DNA of 64,000 bases, taken from Azolla caroliniana (taxonomy: Eukaryota > Plantae > Polypodiophyta). Where the stretch lies: positions 9,114,001 to 9,178,000 of the forward strand of contig JBHGNT010000021.1 of NCBI GenBank assembly GCA_043228905.1, in the 5' to 3' direction. Positions within the stretch are counted from its first letter, which is position 1. Each line of letters starts with the position of its first letter. Both the position numbers and the translations under genes were made by a program. Below the pieces are notes generated by a model that worked only from the letters and a program-made list of their open reading frames with translations, made no database searches and was not told where the DNA came from. Of the stretch, positions 60,421 to 64,000 are shown piece after piece.

Positions 60421-63400
60421 TGTTGGGAAATCGGTCTCTCCGGATGGGATCTGGTGATGAATAAAGAGGACCTGGTGAGAACCGGAAGAGATCCGGAAAT
60501 CGGAGGATACCCGGTGAGAACCGAAAGAGAAGACATATCTGTAAATATGTTTTGAGTAAGCCTATTGAGGCTATATTTGTAAATAGCCCTAAGTTCATAT
60601 AAGTATAAATATGACTTAGGGAAATCACTTTGAAGTGTGTTGTTATTGTTGTTGTAACTGTTGTACAGTGAGAGCGATAGAGAGGGAGAGAGAGATACAG
60701 AGCGATACTCTATTGTAACTGCCGCCTAGCGAAGAAACCGAGCGATACTCTGATTGTGCCCCTTCTCTTCATAGTGATAGTTCGGAGTCTATGGGCTCCC
60801 GTGGTTTTTCCATATTAGGGTTTTCCACGTAAACATCTTGTGTTCACTCTTTAGTTCCCATTTCTGTGTTCTCCATTCTCATTGAAGTGTTCAAGACTTG
60901 GTTGTGGCCGAACAATATTCTGCGTTTTTCTGAACAAACTGGTATAAGAGCGAACAACACAGGAAATGGAAGAATCATTTAGCGGCATGTTCAAGCTCAC
61001 CGGCTCCAACTACTCAGTGTGGAAGTCGAAGATGAGGGATATGCTGGTGGTTAAAGATCTTTGGTTGCCGATTCAGTTTGAGGAGAAGAGACCGGATAAG
61101 ATCAACGCCATAGTGTGGGAGGTGATGCACATGAAGATGACGACATACACCCGGTCCTTCATCGACATGATCCTATACAACAACTTCAATGAAGAGAGCA
61201 AGGTTCATGAACTCTGGGAGAAGATCAACATCATGTTCCAAAGCAAGAGTGCCATTAATCGGGTATCGGTATTTCGGAAGCTAGTGAGACTTCGGTACCA
61301 GGACGGCTCCAGTATGGCGGAGCACATGAATGCCTTCTAGGGGCTAATACACCAAGCAACCTCGCTGGAAGTACCTCTCGCCAATGAGGTACTCGCATTG
61401 CTCCTGCTCGATTCCCTCCCTGACAGCTCGAAGACGTTAGTTGTCATGTTGGGCAATGCCAGGCTGGAAGGAAAACAACTTTCCCTAACAAGAGTCAAGT
61501 CAAGCTTGCTAGATGAGGAGGCGCGTTGGAAAGACAAGGAGGTGATCTTCGATGCCAAAGCCCTCCTTACTGAATCGGAATGCGGAAGACAAAGGAATCG
61601 GAGACCCCAACACCGGCAAAAGTCGGGGAGACGGTCAAAGTCAAGGGGGAGGCCCACTTGCTTCTATTGCGGCAAGCCGGGGCACTTCCAGAAGAACTGT
61701 CGGCATTTCCGGAAAGACAAGGGAACCGACAGTACCGATTCGAAGAAGTCACCGGACCGAAACGGTCCGGATCGGCGAGGCCCGGAGTGAAAGGGAACGA
61801 CGGAGATCGTAGCAAGTGAAGAGGAACTAATGCTCATCATCGAGGAGAGTGAGTTGAACCTTGTTGGCGATGAGACAACGTGGGTTGTCGATTCCGGAGC
61901 GTCGTTCCACCTTAACCCAGATCGGAAATGCTTCTTATCCTACATAGCCGGTGAGCACGGTTGTGTCCGTATAGGGAATGAAGGTACATGCCGAATTATT
62001 GGCATAGGAGACATGTGTTTGACGACTACAACCGGATGCAAGTTGTTGCTGAAGGATGTTCGACATGTTTCGGAGGTTCGACCGAACCTTATATCATCTG
62101 GTCGGCTAGATGATGAAGGCTACACGTGTAGCATCTGGAACGGAGTCATGAAGTTCAGCAAGGGGAGTCTAATAGTGGCTCGGGCCCAGAAAGTCAACAC
62201 ATTGTGCCTGATGAACACTCGATTATGCCGGGAAGAAGAAGTGAACCTGGCTTCCGACATTGCCGGTGAGCTGTGGCACAAAAGATTGTGTCAAATAAGT
62301 GAGAAGGGGATGAAGAGGCTTACCGAAGACAACCTCATTCCGGTGAAGGACATGCAATTTGAAAAGTGCACCGATTGCTTGGCCAACAAGCAAAACTGAA
62401 CCTCCTTGTTGAGAAATCAAGCTCAACTTAGTTTTGTTAGTTAGTCAACCATGTAACTTCGTAGTTACCAAGATAGAATCTAGTTAGAAGTGTTGACTAT
62501 AACGACTTAAATAGGACCTTGTACTTTTAAGTAGGATATTCTAGATCCTCCACTCCCAAGGTCATTTAATATAGGACTTACATGGTTGTACCTATATTCT
62601 CCTCATACATGTGCACCCTTGCACATGAGATCTATATATACCTCATTGATGGTATTTTTGTATTTGATGATGTTTTATAATATACACTCTAGTTTACTCA
62701 TCCCCCATCTTGTGTTGTTCATAAGTGTATTTCTCCTCTCTCTCTTCCTCTCACACACATACACACACATATCACATAATCTTCCGCACTTAACTTAATC
62801 ACATAATTAGGTACGAATTAACCCTTAATTCTTACCTAATTCTTAACACTCCTTCCAGTCAAGACCACTGATGAGACAGAATGCACCACTAGAGCTGGTG
62901 AATACCGATGTGTGACAAGTGGACACGAAGTCACATGCCGGATCGCAGTACTTCGTGACGTTCATAGATGACCACAGTCGGAAGCTGTGGGTCTCGCCGT
63001 TGAAGAGGAAGGATTAGGTGTTATCTGTCTTCAAGGAGCTCCACGCGAGAGTGGAAAGAGAAATCGGCCAGAAGCTAAAGGCGGTTCGAGCAGATAATGG
63101 AGGAGAATACAGAGGGTAGTTCAAGGAGTATTGCCGGTCGAAGGGAATCGGCTCGAATTCACTGTGCCGAAGACGCTGGAACTAAACGGGTTGGCCGAAA
63201 GGATGAACCGGACCATAATGGAGAGAGTTCGGAGCATGCTAGCACATGCAAAGTTACCCAAGATGTTTAGGGCTGAGGCGCTGATGACGGCGACCTACGT
63301 GATAAACAGATAAACCTTAGTACCCTTGGGAGGAGACTCACCTCAAAAAGTATGGACCGGTAAAGATGTGTCTTACCGGCATGTGAAGGTGTTCAGGTGT

Positions 63401-64000
63401 CTCACATGCGTGCATGTGGCGAAGGACAAGAGAGCAAAGCTGGATCTGAAGTCTGGGCCATGCATATTCCTTGGATACGGCGATGATGAGTTCGGTTACC
63501 GGGTGTGGGATTTGGTCGACAAGAAGGTGTTTCGGAGTCGGGACATAGTCTTCATGGAAGACAGGACCATTGCTGACTGGGAGTCAGAGAAGAAGATGAT
63601 GAACTCCAGATCATCCAATGAAAACCGGCTTGAGGACACAAGGATATACCCGGTTTAAAACCGGATGTTAGCTGGTAATCGGATGACACTTGACGAACCG
63701 ACTGGATACGGACTGGAAGCTAAACCAACCGAAGAAGAAGAAGAAGGAGAAAGCATCGGAATTGGACAAGATCCCGAATCGGATTCAGATTCGGAGTAGA
63801 CGGAGGAATCGGTAGTCAGAAGCCAAGGACGGAGATATCCTCTCCAAGAGAGAAGAGCCCCCCGGAGATTTCCGGATGTAGAGCATGTGTTGCTAATCGA
63901 TGAGGAGGAGCCGGAAAGCTTCGAAGAAGAAAAGAGAGACACCCACAGCCACAAGCGGTTGAGTGCCATGCAGGATGAGATGGATTCCCTATATCAAAAC
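60421..64000 (+). mobile_element. Ty1/copia 'D2' (D1-related), degenerate, runs off the window
   Basis: 5' LTR 60421-60936 (TGTTGGG...TGAACA), PBS TGGTATAAGAGC at 60940-60951, gag from 60966, protease 61830-, integrase to ~63650, with multiple stops. Confidence 0.92.
62407..62848 (+). mobile_element. solo LTR (I-family-like copia) in the D2 integrase
   Basis: TGTTGAGA...TTAACA termini, perfect TSD CTCCT; shares CAAGCTCAAC and CTTCCGCAC with the I1 LTR. Confidence 0.88.

Overview
Eukaryotic land-plant DNA. A non-seed plant such as a fern or lycophyte is plausible, but that is inference. About 85% of the window is nested LTR retrotransposons, with one spliced host gene. Left nest (1-35378): a Ty1/copia 3' half sits in the pol of a Ty3/gypsy element ('A1'). 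A1's 3' LTR is interrupted by a minus-strand tRNA-Trp-primed gypsy ('B', 9531-33826). B carries two solo LTRs, a sister element ('G', 11260-21872, itself containing the gag-only non-autonomous element 'E', 16506-20122) and an intact copia ('D1', 22158-27612, 1357-aa ORF). Next come a chromovirus ('H', 37013-44184) and an 11-exon minus-strand GH1 beta-glucosidase-like gene (44513-48343). A right nest follows, with gypsy 'A2', copia 'I2', copia 'D2' and a solo LTR. Element letters are my working labels. Highlights: (1) the GH1 gene has an intact frame but Ser in place of the catalytic nucleophile Glu and a rebuilt glycone pocket; (2) the Trp-primed lineage makes 4-bp TSDs that all reconstruct to (A/C)CGT; (3) it has a covarying GGAUUUU plus pseudoknot -1 frameshift signal after the protease; (4) some of its LTRs carry tRNA-like Pol III A/B-box cassettes; (5) the A family has a conserved ~900-codon extra ORF and no obvious polypurine tract. 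All alignments and identities were read by eye.
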